Source: an uncultured Clostridia bacterium
GTDB lineage: Bacteria; Bacillota; Clostridia; TANB77; CAG-508
Length of the DNA stretch: 61,233 bases
Reading direction: 5' to 3'
Assembly (NCBI GenBank): GCA_934155165.1
Contig: CAKPGS010000001.1
Span: forward strand, 1-61,233
Of this stretch, positions 18,254-28,047 are shown one piece after another (the stretch's first letter is position 1; every line of letters begins with the position of its first letter). The position numbers were made by a program, and so were the translations under genes. The notes below the pieces were generated by a model that saw only the letters and a list, made by a program, of their open reading frames with translations, was not told the origin of the DNA and made no database searches.

Positions 18254-20152
18254 TTATTCTTCGTTTAATAATTTTTTTATAGGTTTGTATGGTCTTCCAT
18301 CTCCACTATAAAATCTACTAAATAATTCATAATATTCTAGTCTTAATACTTGTATTGCAACTATTAGTCCTTCTAGAACAATTACTATTGCATTTCCTAT
18401 AATTGCTATTGCTATATTACCTGCTCCAGATATCATGTTTGCAAGAATATATACTGCCATACATAGTCCAACATGATTTATAGCAAATGCTGCAAGTCTT
18501 ACAAAAGAAATTGTATTACTTACAAATGAAAGTAAAGTTTCAATTAGTTCAAATATTTGCTCTGCAACTCCACTTTCTGTTTCTTCCTTTTTCTTTGTAA
18601 TTAGCTGTTCTAGCTTATCTTTAAATAATATAATTGCAAGTTCTATTATGCATATAGCAATTATTATATTTATAGAAACTATCATTTTTCCTACAACAAA
18701 GTAGTATGCTATACTTCCTATTACTGTTGCATAAAATAAAAGTCCTGCAATTCCATTTTCGCTTAATACTGCTTTTTTTATGTTTTTATTTGTTATTCCA
18801 TTTTTAATATTTAATATAATAGCTAAAATAATTAGTATTACACCAAATGCAATTCCTGAAATTAGCATGGTTGTAATATTTTCCATTGGTCTTATTAATA
18901 TACTTGGAATAATATCTTCCTTTCCAAATACACTTCCATACAATACTCCAAATATAATTGCTGAAATTCCACCTGCTACAAATATTGGGCCAAGTGATTT
19001 TTTCTTTCTAGATAGCCATAATCCTATTAGCATTATTATTGCACCTTGTCCAACATCTCCAAACATAAATCCAAACATTATAAAAGCTGTTATCGCAACA
19101 AACACAGTTGGGTCTAATTCTTCATAATTAGGCATTCCATACATTTCTACTATTGTTTCAAATTTTCTAAATAGTTTGTTGTTTTTTAAATGTGTTGGTG
19201 GATTTGTTGCAACCTCATCGTGACTTTTTACTATATATTTTATCTTTTTTTCTTTTTCCAACAATGGTACAATTTTTTCTAATTCATCCATCGGAATCCA
19301 ACCAATTAAATAAAAATCTCCATTTTTATCGTGTGCTAAGTATTTTTTTATGAATTCTATTTTTTCATATAATTGTAGTTCTCTATATAATTGTAATAAA
19401 ATTGTTTCACTGTTTTTTACTTCTGCCTCTAATGTATTTCTGCTATTTTCTATATATTTTTCATCTTCGTTAACTGTATCTTCTAATTTTTTTAGTATTT
19501 CTTTTGGTTTTCCTGAAAAACTTCTATCTATCCATATTCTTTCAAACTTTAACACATTAAAAAAGCTATCTACTTCTGCTGAATATTCATCTGTTGTGAA
19601 ATAAATAATCCAAGCATCTTTACTGTCTTCATCAACTTTGAACATTATACAATTCATATTTTCTATTTCTTTATTTATACTTTCGTAATTTTCTTTAGAT
19701 ATTTTTCCAAATCTAAATCTCATATATTTCAAATCGTATAATTTTTCTAGCTGAATTTCAGAGTTTTTTAGTTTTTGAAATGGTTCTATACTTTTTTTAA
19801 TTTTATTTATTTCTTCTTGTTTTTCTATTACATTATTAGTTATGTTTTCTATATTATTATTTATTTCGTGTATTTTTTCTTCTATATCTTCTAGGCTATT
19901 TTTTATTTTTATATCTGATAAACATTGTTTTGAATATTCAATGCCTAGCTTTTCCATTAATTTTTCTATATTTTTTACAAGTTCTCTTGGTTTTGTATTA
20001 TAGTCAAAATATGTTAATTTCCAGCCTTTTTCATATACTTTTATAGCATCTTCTAGCTGTAAACCACTGTTTATTATATATTTAATTAAGAAATTGTTCA
20101 TTACTTCGCTTTTTCCTGTTATGCCAAGCAATTTCATTCTTTCTACAGACAC
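18254..20152 (-). CDS. ntpI: V-type ATP synthase subunit I (a subunit)
   Basis: 632 aa with an N-terminal coiled coil and a C-terminal polytopic membrane domain containing the conserved Arg helix (SFVRLAAFAINH). Confidence 0.88.
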   Translation of the reverse strand: MSVERMKLLGITGKSEVMNNFLIKYIINSGLQLEDAIKVYEKGWKLTYFDYNTKPRELVKNIEKLMEKLGIEYSKQCLSDIKIKNSLEDIEEKIHEINNNIENITNNVIEKQEEINKIKKSIEPFQKLKNSEIQLEKLYDLKYMRFRFGKISKENYESINKEIENMNCIMFKVDEDSKDAWIIYFTTDEYSAEVDSFFNVLKFERIWIDRSFSGKPKEILKKLEDTVNEDEKYIENSRNTLEAEVKNSETILLQLYRELQLYEKIEFIKKYLAHDKNGDFYLIGWIPMDELEKIVPLLEKEKKIKYIVKSHDEVATNPPTHLKNNKLFRKFETIVEMYGMPNYEELDPTVFVAITAFIMFGFMFGDVGQGAIIMLIGLWLSRKKKSLGPIFVAGGISAIIFGVLYGSVFGKEDIIPSILIRPMENITTMLISGIAFGVILIILAIILNIKNGITNKNIKKAVLSENGIAGLLFYATVIGSIAYYFVVGKMIVSINIIIAICIIELAIILFKDKLEQLITKKKEETESGVAEQIFELIETLLSFVSNTISFVRLAAFAINHVGLCMAVYILANMISGAGNIAIAIIGNAIVIVLEGLIVAIQVLRLEYYELFSRFYSGDGRPYKPIKKLLNEE

Positions 20153-20165
20153 TTTTGTTCATCTC

Positions 20166-21167
20166 CTAAATTATTATTTTCTCTTGTATTAGTTTTTTAT
20201 CTATTTCGTACTCAATTCCACCTACAATGTTTATAATATTTTCTATTAAAATTTCATCCAAATTTAAGTATGCTATTATTGTTGAAAAATTATATTTTCC
20301 TTGTTCGAATATTTTTTTATATTTCCTGTACATATATCTTTTTGCATAATTTTCAAAGTATTTTTCATCTTCTTTAAAAATATTTTTATATTTAGATTTT
20401 TTTAAAACTTCTATTATATTTTCACAGTCATTTTGTTTTATAATTTCTTGTATTAATGTAGATTGCTTATCTGTTTTTATAATATTTGAGCTAATTTCAT
20501 CTGTTTTCATATTATAAAATTTTTTCATTCTGTATATCCAAATAATATTTGTAAGTTCTATTTTATCTTTTATTAATTTACTTGAGCTTGCATCTTTTAT
20601 ATTTTTAAAAACATTTTCAAAGTATAAAATATCAAGTTTCATTTCTAACATGAATAAATCTACATCGTTTATATTTTTGTCTTTTAAATTTTCTTCTAAT
20701 AATTCTTTAAAATCTGTTTTATCTGCATATTGTAAAAATTCATTTATTGTATTTATTCTTGTAATTCCTTTTAATTCTTTAAAAATTCTTTCAGTCCATA
20801 ATTCTATATTTTGAATTTCACTATCTTCTATTTTAGATAGTTTAATTTTCTTTAATATTCGAATTAGTATGTCTATTTCATATTCAGATACATAAATTCT
20901 TAATCTTTCTTTATCTTTTGAAGATAAATATTTATATATTTTTTCTATATCATCTATTAAAATTTTGTTTAATTCATTTTCAATTTTTATTCTATCAAAA
21001 TTATCTTCTAGGCCACTTAAATGATAATTTTTTTGTTTTAAAATATTATTTACACTAACCAAGTTATTTTGTTTTAATAAATCTTCTATGTCTGTTTTTG
21101 TTAAATTCTTAGCTTTCATTCCTTTTAACTTGGCAACTAAACTAGGATATTTAAGAGAATTAATCAA
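20166..21167 (-). CDS. ntpC: V-type ATP synthase subunit C (d)
   Basis: 333-aa helical protein, assigned from operon position. Start overlaps the upstream gene by 4 nt. Confidence 0.7.
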   Translation of the reverse strand: MINSLKYPSLVAKLKGMKAKNLTKTDIEDLLKQNNLVSVNNILKQKNYHLSGLEDNFDRIKIENELNKILIDDIEKIYKYLSSKDKERLRIYVSEYEIDILIRILKKIKLSKIEDSEIQNIELWTERIFKELKGITRINTINEFLQYADKTDFKELLEENLKDKNINDVDLFMLEMKLDILYFENVFKNIKDASSSKLIKDKIELTNIIWIYRMKKFYNMKTDEISSNIIKTDKQSTLIQEIIKQNDCENIIEVLKKSKYKNIFKEDEKYFENYAKRYMYRKYKKIFEQGKYNFSTIIAYLNLDEILIENIINIVGGIEYEIDKKLIQEKIII

Positions 21168-21481
21168 TTTGCAGCACCTCTTAATTCTTCCATTATTTCA
21201 TTTATTTTTTGTTGTTTTAGTTCTAAATATTTAGCATTTAATTCATTTATTTTTTTGTTTTTTTCTTCTTCTATTTTATTTTTTTCTTTTTCCAAGTTCA
21301 TATTACATTGCATTTTTTTTATTTGAATTTTCTCTTCTATTTCTTTGTCTATAATCCTTTTTTGCTTTTCAATAGCATCTTCTACAAGTTCATCAAAATT
21401 ATCATTTCTATTATTGGCTTCATTAAAAATATTTTTGGCTTTCTTATCAATTTCTATAATATTATTTATAATTTCATCCAT
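21164..21481 (-). CDS. Small coiled-coil protein, possible V-ATPase peripheral-stalk subunit (G/H-like)
   Basis: 105-aa Lys/Glu-rich coiled coil, first gene of the operon and translationally coupled to ntpC. Confidence 0.45.
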   Translation of the reverse strand: MDEIINNIIEIDKKAKNIFNEANNRNDNFDELVEDAIEKQKRIIDKEIEEKIQIKKMQCNMNLEKEKNKIEEEKNKKINELNAKYLELKQQKINEIMEELRGAAN

Positions 21482-21559
21482 ATTTTACATTTCTTTCCTT
21501 TGTTTTTTGTTATTATATCACAAATCTTTTTTTATAATTCATTTGTAACAAAAATGTAA

Positions 21560-21586
21560 TAAAAAAAATAGCGGTCAATGACCGCT
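21560..21586 (-). terminator. Rho-independent terminator of the 21594-22289 gene
   Basis: AGCGGTC/GACCGCT 7-bp stem followed on the minus strand by a run of 8 T. Confidence 0.85.
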
Positions 21587-21593
21587 GTGTATT

Positions 21594-22289
21594 TTATGCT
21601 ATAAATATTGCACATATTGCACAATATATTATTATTTTTATTGTTTGTGTTAGTAACAATGAAAAGCATGTTGCTTTTACCCCTAAGTCGTTTATTTCTG
21701 TATACTTTTTCATTATTATTTCTAAATTTCCTTTTGATGTTAGTTTGTTTTCTACTATGTATTCTTTTGCTAAATATTTTGCATTTAGCATTGCATCTAT
21801 TTCTAATATACTTCTTATAAAGAAATATATTATTGTCATTATTAATAGAATAGATACAAATAGCATTCCGTTTGTTATTACTTTTGTAATTGTAAGTGCA
21901 ATTATTGCTAGATAGGCAATAATAAAAATATTTGAGTACACAAAGTTGAACCATAGCATTTTTTTACTTTGCATTGAATGTAAACATTCATGTGCTATTG
22001 TTTGTACTCGCGTATATGTATCATTTATATTAGCTATAGATATTGTATCATTTGCAACAAGGTATAAACTTGTTTGACTGTCTTTTGCTTCTTTTATTTT
22101 TGTATGTTTATTTCCTAATTTATTTAATATATATTGACATATTTGTATATTACTTGGAAATCTTCTTACTAGTTCATCTAAAACTTTATCATGTCCTAAT
22201 TCTTTAATTCTTTTTAAATTAAAGCTAGTAATTATTGCTAACAATGCTAATACAGCTACTAATATAACTATTATTATAATATATTGCAT
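21594..22289 (-). CDS. Membrane zinc metallopeptidase-like protein (YugP-like, HExxH)
   Basis: N-terminal TM, AHECLH (HExxH) motif and C-terminal TM segments. Confidence 0.5.
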   Translation of the reverse strand: MQYIIIIVILVAVLALLAIITSFNLKRIKELGHDKVLDELVRRFPSNIQICQYILNKLGNKHTKIKEAKDSQTSLYLVANDTISIANINDTYTRVQTIAHECLHSMQSKKMLWFNFVYSNIFIIAYLAIIALTITKVITNGMLFVSILLIMTIIYFFIRSILEIDAMLNAKYLAKEYIVENKLTSKGNLEIIMKKYTEINDLGVKATCFSLLLTQTIKIIIYCAICAIFIA

Positions 22290-22310
22290 ATTTATCCCCT
22301 TTTAAATCCA

Positions 22311-22646
22311 TTATTTTAAAACATCTTTTATTGCATCGCCTATAATTTTATTTACATCTGCAATTAATACACTAAATTTCATTTCTGTTTCAAAATATTC
22401 TTTCGCTTTTTCATCTTTTAGTAGCTCCGTATATTTTTTTTGAATTTCTTGTGCTTTTTCTGCTGTTGGTTCTATTCCTTGTATTGTTAACATTTGCATT
22501 TGTTGTCTTTTTTGTTCAAATTCTTTAATTTTATTTTTCAATTCTATATTATTCTCTAATTCTGTTTTAGATTTTTTAAAACCTACATATTCCTCACTTG
22601 ATTTTATTTCTTCGGCTAATTTATTTGCTGTATCATATACATTCAT
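22311..22646 (-). CDS. YlbF/YmcA family regulatory protein
   Basis: 111-aa helical protein whose N-terminus (YDTANKLAEEIKSSEEY) resembles the UPF0342/YlbF family. Confidence 0.6.
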   Translation of the reverse strand: MNVYDTANKLAEEIKSSEEYVGFKKSKTELENNIELKNKIKEFEQKRQQMQMLTIQGIEPTAEKAQEIQKKYTELLKDEKAKEYFETEMKFSVLIADVNKIIGDAIKDVLK

Positions 22647-22678
22647 TTTTCTAACATCCTTTCTTATAAAACGTATGG

Positions 22679-22698
22679 GGCGGTCATTGACCGCCTAC
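22679..22698 (-). terminator. GC hairpin downstream of the GT4 gene with a GTAGG head
   Basis: GGCGGTC/GACCGCC 7-bp stem. Minus strand reads AGTAGGCGGTCAATGACCGCC. The U-tract is weak. Confidence 0.5.
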
Positions 22699-22706
22699 TT
22701 TCATTT

Positions 22707-23999
22707 TTATGCATATGCATTTCTTTTTCTGAAATTTAACAAGTTCGTAATTTCTTTTTCTGGATTTTTCATTTTCTTAGCTTTTTGTGCTTTTTCTTGT
22801 GCTATCTCTCTTGCTTGTTTTTCTGCCACTGTTTCACATATTGCTTTTTGGTATGCAAAATGTGTATCTTGTGCAATTTTTTGCCAATTATATTCTGCTT
22901 TAACTTTAGCTTTTGCATTTTTTGCAACTTTCATACATAATGCTGGATCATATAATAAAGAAACAATAGAATCTGCAAGTGAATTTGGATTTCCTGCATA
23001 GCTTTTCATTCCATTTTCTCCATGTTGTACTATTTCGTTTAATCCTCCAACATCTGAAACAACAACTGGTGTTCCTGAAAGCATTCCTTCTAATGCAACA
23101 ATTCCAAATGGTTCATATGTACTTGGAAATACTGCTACATCTGCACATTTATACATTTTCACAACTTGTTTTGAGTTCAAATATCCAGTGAAATATACTT
23201 TATTAGAAATTCCCATAGCATTTACCTGTGCTTTTAGTTCATCTATCATTCCGCCTTTTCCAGCTATTACAAGTTTTGAGTCATGATATTTTTCTAATAT
23301 TTTTGGCATTGCAGCAATTAAATGTTGAATTCCCTTTTCATAAACTAATCTACCTACAAATAGAATTATTTTTTCATTATCTGCTGCATATTGTCTTCTG
23401 AATTCGTAGTCTCTTTCTATTCCACTATATAAATTTAGGTTTACCCCGTTTGGAACTACATTTATTTTTTCGAATGGTAGTCCAAATAAACGTTGTAATT
23501 CACTTTTCATATAATTGCTATTTACAATTACCTCTGAAGCTTCATATGTAAGCATCCATTCTGTATCATTTATGTATCTTTGTGTTTCATCATGTATACC
23601 TGAATTTCTACCTGCTTCTGTTGCATGTATTGTTGCTACAATAGGTGTTCCATATGAATTTTTTAAAGTTTTAGCAGCATATGCTACAAGCCAATCGTGT
23701 GCATGTATAACATCAAAGTTTCCCTCTTTAGCAATTATCTCATTTGCTTTTGCTACTAAATTAAAATTCATTTGCATTATCCAGTCTATGAAATTGTTAG
23801 GATTTATCATATAATTACCAATTCTGTATACTTTTACTCCCTTATCATCTTCAAAATCTGGTGTATTTTCCTCTTTGTATGTTACAACGGTAACCTCATG
23901 TCCATCTTTAATTAATCTATGTGATAAATCGTGTACTACTCTAGCTATTCCTCCTACAATTCTTGGCGGATACTCCCATGTAAGCATTAGTATTTTCAT
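22707..23999 (-). CDS. Glycosyltransferase family 4 (glycogen-synthase-like fold) with a charged C-terminal tail
   Basis: GT-B pattern (GGIARVV near the N-terminus, EPFGIVALEGM E-x7-E region). 430 aa. Confidence 0.75.
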   Translation of the reverse strand: MKILMLTWEYPPRIVGGIARVVHDLSHRLIKDGHEVTVVTYKEENTPDFEDDKGVKVYRIGNYMINPNNFIDWIMQMNFNLVAKANEIIAKEGNFDVIHAHDWLVAYAAKTLKNSYGTPIVATIHATEAGRNSGIHDETQRYINDTEWMLTYEASEVIVNSNYMKSELQRLFGLPFEKINVVPNGVNLNLYSGIERDYEFRRQYAADNEKIILFVGRLVYEKGIQHLIAAMPKILEKYHDSKLVIAGKGGMIDELKAQVNAMGISNKVYFTGYLNSKQVVKMYKCADVAVFPSTYEPFGIVALEGMLSGTPVVVSDVGGLNEIVQHGENGMKSYAGNPNSLADSIVSLLYDPALCMKVAKNAKAKVKAEYNWQKIAQDTHFAYQKAICETVAEKQAREIAQEKAQKAKKMKNPEKEITNLLNFRKRNAYA

Positions 24000-24203
24000 T
24001 ATTTTTTAGCTCCTTTCATAAGCATATTTTCTTTTGTATATCTCTTACTCAACTTATGATATTTTATACAAAAAATATACAAATGTAAATATATTTTTAC
24101 AAAATATTTCATTTTTTTCAAATGAAATATTTCCCATTGTTTTTTATGTAGATTTCATGTTAATATGTATATAGAATTTTAATTAGATATTAGGTGATTT
24201 CTT

Positions 24204-24453
24204 ATGTTAAAATATATTTTTAATAGTTTTCTAAATTTGGATAAAAAAATTAAAAAAATAGTAAAAATCCGGATTTAACTTTTCCTTGGCAATTACCATA
24301 TTATCTGGATTAATACTATTTACATATGACTCAATTATAGAACTTCCTATTTTATATTATATAGGAATTTCATTATTTAAACTAAGTTTAATTTATTTTG
24401 TAACCTTTTTTTGCTTTGGTTTTGCATTTAATAGATTTTTAGAAGAAATTTAA
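24204..24453 (+). pseudogene. Small two-TM membrane protein ORF split by a 1-nt frameshift in an A-run
   Basis: AGGTGA RBS plus ATG at 24204 opens a 24-codon ORF ending at 24278. An overlapping frame is open over 24265-24453 and has no credible start. Deleting one A from the A5 run at 24263-24267 fuses the two into about 82 aa. Confidence 0.3.
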
Positions 24454-24461
24454 TTTTAGAA

Positions 24462-26474
24462 TTAATATAATATTCTAAATATTTCTGCAACACTCCAAGC
24501 TTGTGCTATAGCTCCTTTAGGAAGTTGTGGTCTTTTTGAATCGTATAGCTCAGATATACTTCCCACACACCCTTCATCTTCTATCATTTTTGTTGCTGTA
24601 TTTTTTATTTCTTTTATGAATTTTTCATATTCTTCTTCATATTGTTTTTTATTTTTTATTGTTTTTTCGTTTTCTTTAATTTTCTTAAACGTATCGTTAT
24701 ATATTCCTAAAAGCCATGTCCATGTAATTCCTTGATGGTAACTCATATCTCTTTTAAAACTATTTCCTTCGTATATGTCTATATAATTTTCTTCACCTTT
24801 AGCTAGAGTTTTTAAGCCATATTTATTTTTTAATTTTTTTGTTGTGGTATTCAAAATTTCCTTTGCTATTTTTGTATTTGGTTCTATTACTGGGTATGTT
24901 AGTGATGTACTGAATAATTGATTAGGTCTTATTTTGCTATCTCCAACAACATCATATAGGCATTTTCTTTTTTCATTATAAAATTTAGCTTTAAAACTTC
25001 TTTTGCATCTGTTAGCTTTCTTCAAATATTCTTTTGAAATTTTTTCTTCTTCAAATCTTAAAGATAATTCTTCTAATATTTTTAATGCATTATACCATAA
25101 AGCATTTATTTCTACAGCTTTTCCGTTTCTAGGTGTTGCAGCTATTCCTTCATATTTTGCATCCATCCAAGTGTTTTGTGTTGTTGGTGTTCCACTTACT
25201 ATTAGTCCATCATTATCTAAATAAATGTTATTATTGTCTAAGTCTATTCCTTTTTCATAATTTTCTACTATATCTTTTAAAACTTCATAGAATTCTTTTT
25301 TTACAAATTCAAAATCTTCAGTATATTTTAAATATTTTGCTATTTGTTCAAATAATAATAATGAAGCATCTACACTATTATATAATGGTGTGTTATCCGC
25401 TTCTGAATAACCATTTGGAACTAAGCCTTGTTTTATATCATGTTTAAAAGTTAACAAAACTTCTTTTGCTAAATCATATCTTTTTGTTTTTAAAAGTAGT
25501 CCTTCAAAAGATATTAAGCTATCCCTTCCCCAATCTAAAAACCATGGATAACCCGCAATTATTGTATGCAACTTAAATTCTGGTCTATATACAATAAAAC
25601 TATCTATTGATATTATAAATTCTTTTAGTAATTTATCTTCTTCATTTTTATTTACAAGCTTTGTTTCTTTTATTATTTTTTCTAATCTTTTTAATTCTTT
25701 TTTTATTAAGCTTTCTCCGTTAATTTTATCTATATTTTCTTCTAAAGAACACACAAAAGTAATCTTTTTATTCTCATTTGGTTTTATTTCTATTTCATAT
25801 ATTCCAGAAACACTATGGTTTTCTTCTGGATAAAAGCCTCTTTTTTCTTCCTCAATATAAAACATGTTATTGAAAATATCATTTTCGTGTTTTGTATATT
25901 TTCCCTCTGAACAATTTATATAAAAACTATTATTTCCTATACTAATTTTTATTTTATTATCTTTTATTTCCTCTTGTTTAAGGTCAAATTCTTTATTTGT
26001 ACTCATTGAGTGAAAATCTCTAAAATTAACTACCGGAGCGAGTTTTAATTTAATTCCTTCATTTTTGTTTTGTATTTCATAGAATACACAAACTGTATTT
26101 TTCCCATATTCCATACAAATTGTTTTTTTAATATTTATGTCTCCTACTTGGAACTCAAATGTAGGAACATATTCCTTTTCAAAGCTTGTTTGAAATTTAT
26201 ATCCCTGTGAAATGTAGTTTTTACATACATTTGTATATAGTGATATTTCTTTGTTATTTACTGTAATACTTTCGTCTAATTTAGATAATACTAAATTTCT
26301 TTGTGCTGGCGGCTTTAGTGGAGCTATTAATAGTCCATGGTATCTTCTGGTATTTGCTCCTATTATTGTTGATGAACTAAAACCACCTATTCCATTTGTT
26401 ATTAGCCACTCTCTTTTTAGTCCTTCTTGCAAATCAAGTTTTTCTTTAGTAAATTTCATTTTTTCCTCCAACAT
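24462..26474 (-). CDS. Glycogen debranching enzyme (amylo-alpha-1,6-glucosidase, GDE_N plus GDE_C type)
   Basis: N-terminal EWLITNGIGGFSSSTIIGANTRRYHGLL signature and a C-terminal (alpha/alpha)6 region. Confidence 0.85.
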   Translation of the reverse strand: MLEEKMKFTKEKLDLQEGLKREWLITNGIGGFSSSTIIGANTRRYHGLLIAPLKPPAQRNLVLSKLDESITVNNKEISLYTNVCKNYISQGYKFQTSFEKEYVPTFEFQVGDINIKKTICMEYGKNTVCVFYEIQNKNEGIKLKLAPVVNFRDFHSMSTNKEFDLKQEEIKDNKIKISIGNNSFYINCSEGKYTKHENDIFNNMFYIEEEKRGFYPEENHSVSGIYEIEIKPNENKKITFVCSLEENIDKINGESLIKKELKRLEKIIKETKLVNKNEEDKLLKEFIISIDSFIVYRPEFKLHTIIAGYPWFLDWGRDSLISFEGLLLKTKRYDLAKEVLLTFKHDIKQGLVPNGYSEADNTPLYNSVDASLLLFEQIAKYLKYTEDFEFVKKEFYEVLKDIVENYEKGIDLDNNNIYLDNDGLIVSGTPTTQNTWMDAKYEGIAATPRNGKAVEINALWYNALKILEELSLRFEEEKISKEYLKKANRCKRSFKAKFYNEKRKCLYDVVGDSKIRPNQLFSTSLTYPVIEPNTKIAKEILNTTTKKLKNKYGLKTLAKGEENYIDIYEGNSFKRDMSYHQGITWTWLLGIYNDTFKKIKENEKTIKNKKQYEEEYEKFIKEIKNTATKMIEDEGCVGSISELYDSKRPQLPKGAIAQAWSVAEIFRILY

Positions 26475-26487
26475 TATTTCTTTTGTA

Positions 26488-28047
26488 TTATTTGTTTTTT
26501 AGTCTATTGCGTCTTCTTGTTCTAACTGCTTTTTCGCTTTGTTCCTGCATTCTCATTTTATTTCTTCTTATATTTACATCCGTATTTTTTATAGATTGAA
26601 TTCTATCTCCATATTGTTGTACGAACTTACTTTGTTTTCCTTGAATATGTTTCTTTTCCGGTTGTTTTTTATGCTTGTTTGTTTTTGGTATATTCTTCAT
26701 TTTTTTCTCATATTTTAATTTGGCATTCATCATAACATATTTAGGATCATTTTGTTTATCTTTGAATTTTAAGTCTTCACATATAATTTCTATAATTGCA
26801 GCAGCAACAGCATCCGGGTTATGTCTTATTCTTTCATCTTTTATATATGATAAATTTCTTTGAACAAGTTGAATTCCTTTTACATTGTTTTCATCCTGTT
26901 CTACAAGTTCTGAACCTTCTTTAATATATTTTTTTATGTATTCCGGAACAACTTCTCCTGAATCATAAATGCAAAAATCAATTATATTTTGTCCTACATG
27001 GTCTGTTATTGCTTTAATATGTTCAGACATTGTATAATTATCTGTTTGTCCTTGTTCTGTCATTATATTATTGACATATATTTTAATTGCTTTACTTTCT
27101 TTTATTGCTTTTATAACTCCATTTACTAATAAGCATGGGATAACATTTGTATATAAACTTCCTGGTCCATATACTATACAATCAGCTTCTTTAATTGCAT
27201 TTACAACTTCTGGCGTTGTTCTGCAGTTTGTAGGATTTATATATATTCTACTTATTTTTGTAATTTTTGAATATACCATTTCTGGTATTTTTTCTTTTTC
27301 TTTTACTATCATTCCATTTTCAAGTTCAGCACAAATTTCCATTTCATCAAGTGTAACTGGTAATACCTTTCCAGTTATATTTAGTATTTTATTTATACTT
27401 TCAATAGCTTTTGAAAAATTATTGTTATTTTGTGCAACAGCTGTAAACAATACATCACTAAATCTCATTCCTCTTAAATTATTAGATCTAAATCTATAAT
27501 TCAAAAGACTTTTCATATTTTCCTCATCTTTTGATAATGAGATTATTCCATCCTTTATATCATCCATTGGTAAAATATCTAAATCGTTTTCTGACTTCTT
27601 ACCATAATTTGATACAGTAACAACAGCAGTAATGTTTGTTGTATATCTTTTTAGGCCTTCTAATACTGTATTTAATCCTGAGCCACCGCCTAATACAACA
27701 ACTTTTGGTCCCTGCTCATATATTTTTTTATTAAATATTAAAGAATTAACATTAACATTTTTGTCTTTTTTCATTCTGTCATCGCTTGCTTCTATTAGTA
27801 CTTCTAAAGTTCTTTTTTGTATTGCAATTATACCTAATACAATTAGTGTAAAGCCTAGAACAAATGCCCCTACTATTGTTATTAATTCTATGGCACTAAT
27901 TTCTTTTGTTACCATAATTTTTGATATTCCTAAACATGCTAAAATTATTCCTATTAATATTATAAATATCCACCTTTTAATTTTCGTATTTGATTTTAGC
28001 CATTCAAATATTCCTTTCATAGTACATTCTCCTTTATATAATTTCAA
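26488..28047 (-). CDS. yvcK: YvcK/GlmR-family (CofD-like) protein with an N-terminal membrane anchor and a basic C-terminal tail
   Basis: Core motif VVVLGGGSGLNTVLEGLKRY...VVTVSNYG, two N-terminal TM helices and a Lys/Arg-rich tail of about 90 aa. Confidence 0.75.
   Translation of the reverse strand: MKLYKGECTMKGIFEWLKSNTKIKRWIFIILIGIILACLGISKIMVTKEISAIELITIVGAFVLGFTLIVLGIIAIQKRTLEVLIEASDDRMKKDKNVNVNSLIFNKKIYEQGPKVVVLGGGSGLNTVLEGLKRYTTNITAVVTVSNYGKKSENDLDILPMDDIKDGIISLSKDEENMKSLLNYRFRSNNLRGMRFSDVLFTAVAQNNNNFSKAIESINKILNITGKVLPVTLDEMEICAELENGMIVKEKEKIPEMVYSKITKISRIYINPTNCRTTPEVVNAIKEADCIVYGPGSLYTNVIPCLLVNGVIKAIKESKAIKIYVNNIMTEQGQTDNYTMSEHIKAITDHVGQNIIDFCIYDSGEVVPEYIKKYIKEGSELVEQDENNVKGIQLVQRNLSYIKDERIRHNPDAVAAAIIEIICEDLKFKDKQNDPKYVMMNAKLKYEKKMKNIPKTNKHKKQPEKKHIQGKQSKFVQQYGDRIQSIKNTDVNIRRNKMRMQEQSEKAVRTRRRNRLKNK

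Noticed and set aside
21532-21954. A 140-aa minus-strand ORF overlapping the metallopeptidase-like gene in another frame
   Set aside because: It has an Asn/Lys/Arg-rich low-complexity translation, runs across the terminator at 21560-21586, and overlaps the better-supported 21594-22289 ORF.
24102-24132. A 13-bp perfect inverted repeat, AAATATTTCATTT/AAATGAAATATTT, upstream of the GT4 gene
   Set aside because: It is composed almost entirely of A/T in a very AT-rich spacer. Such palindromes are expected by chance and it has no conserved partner in the window.
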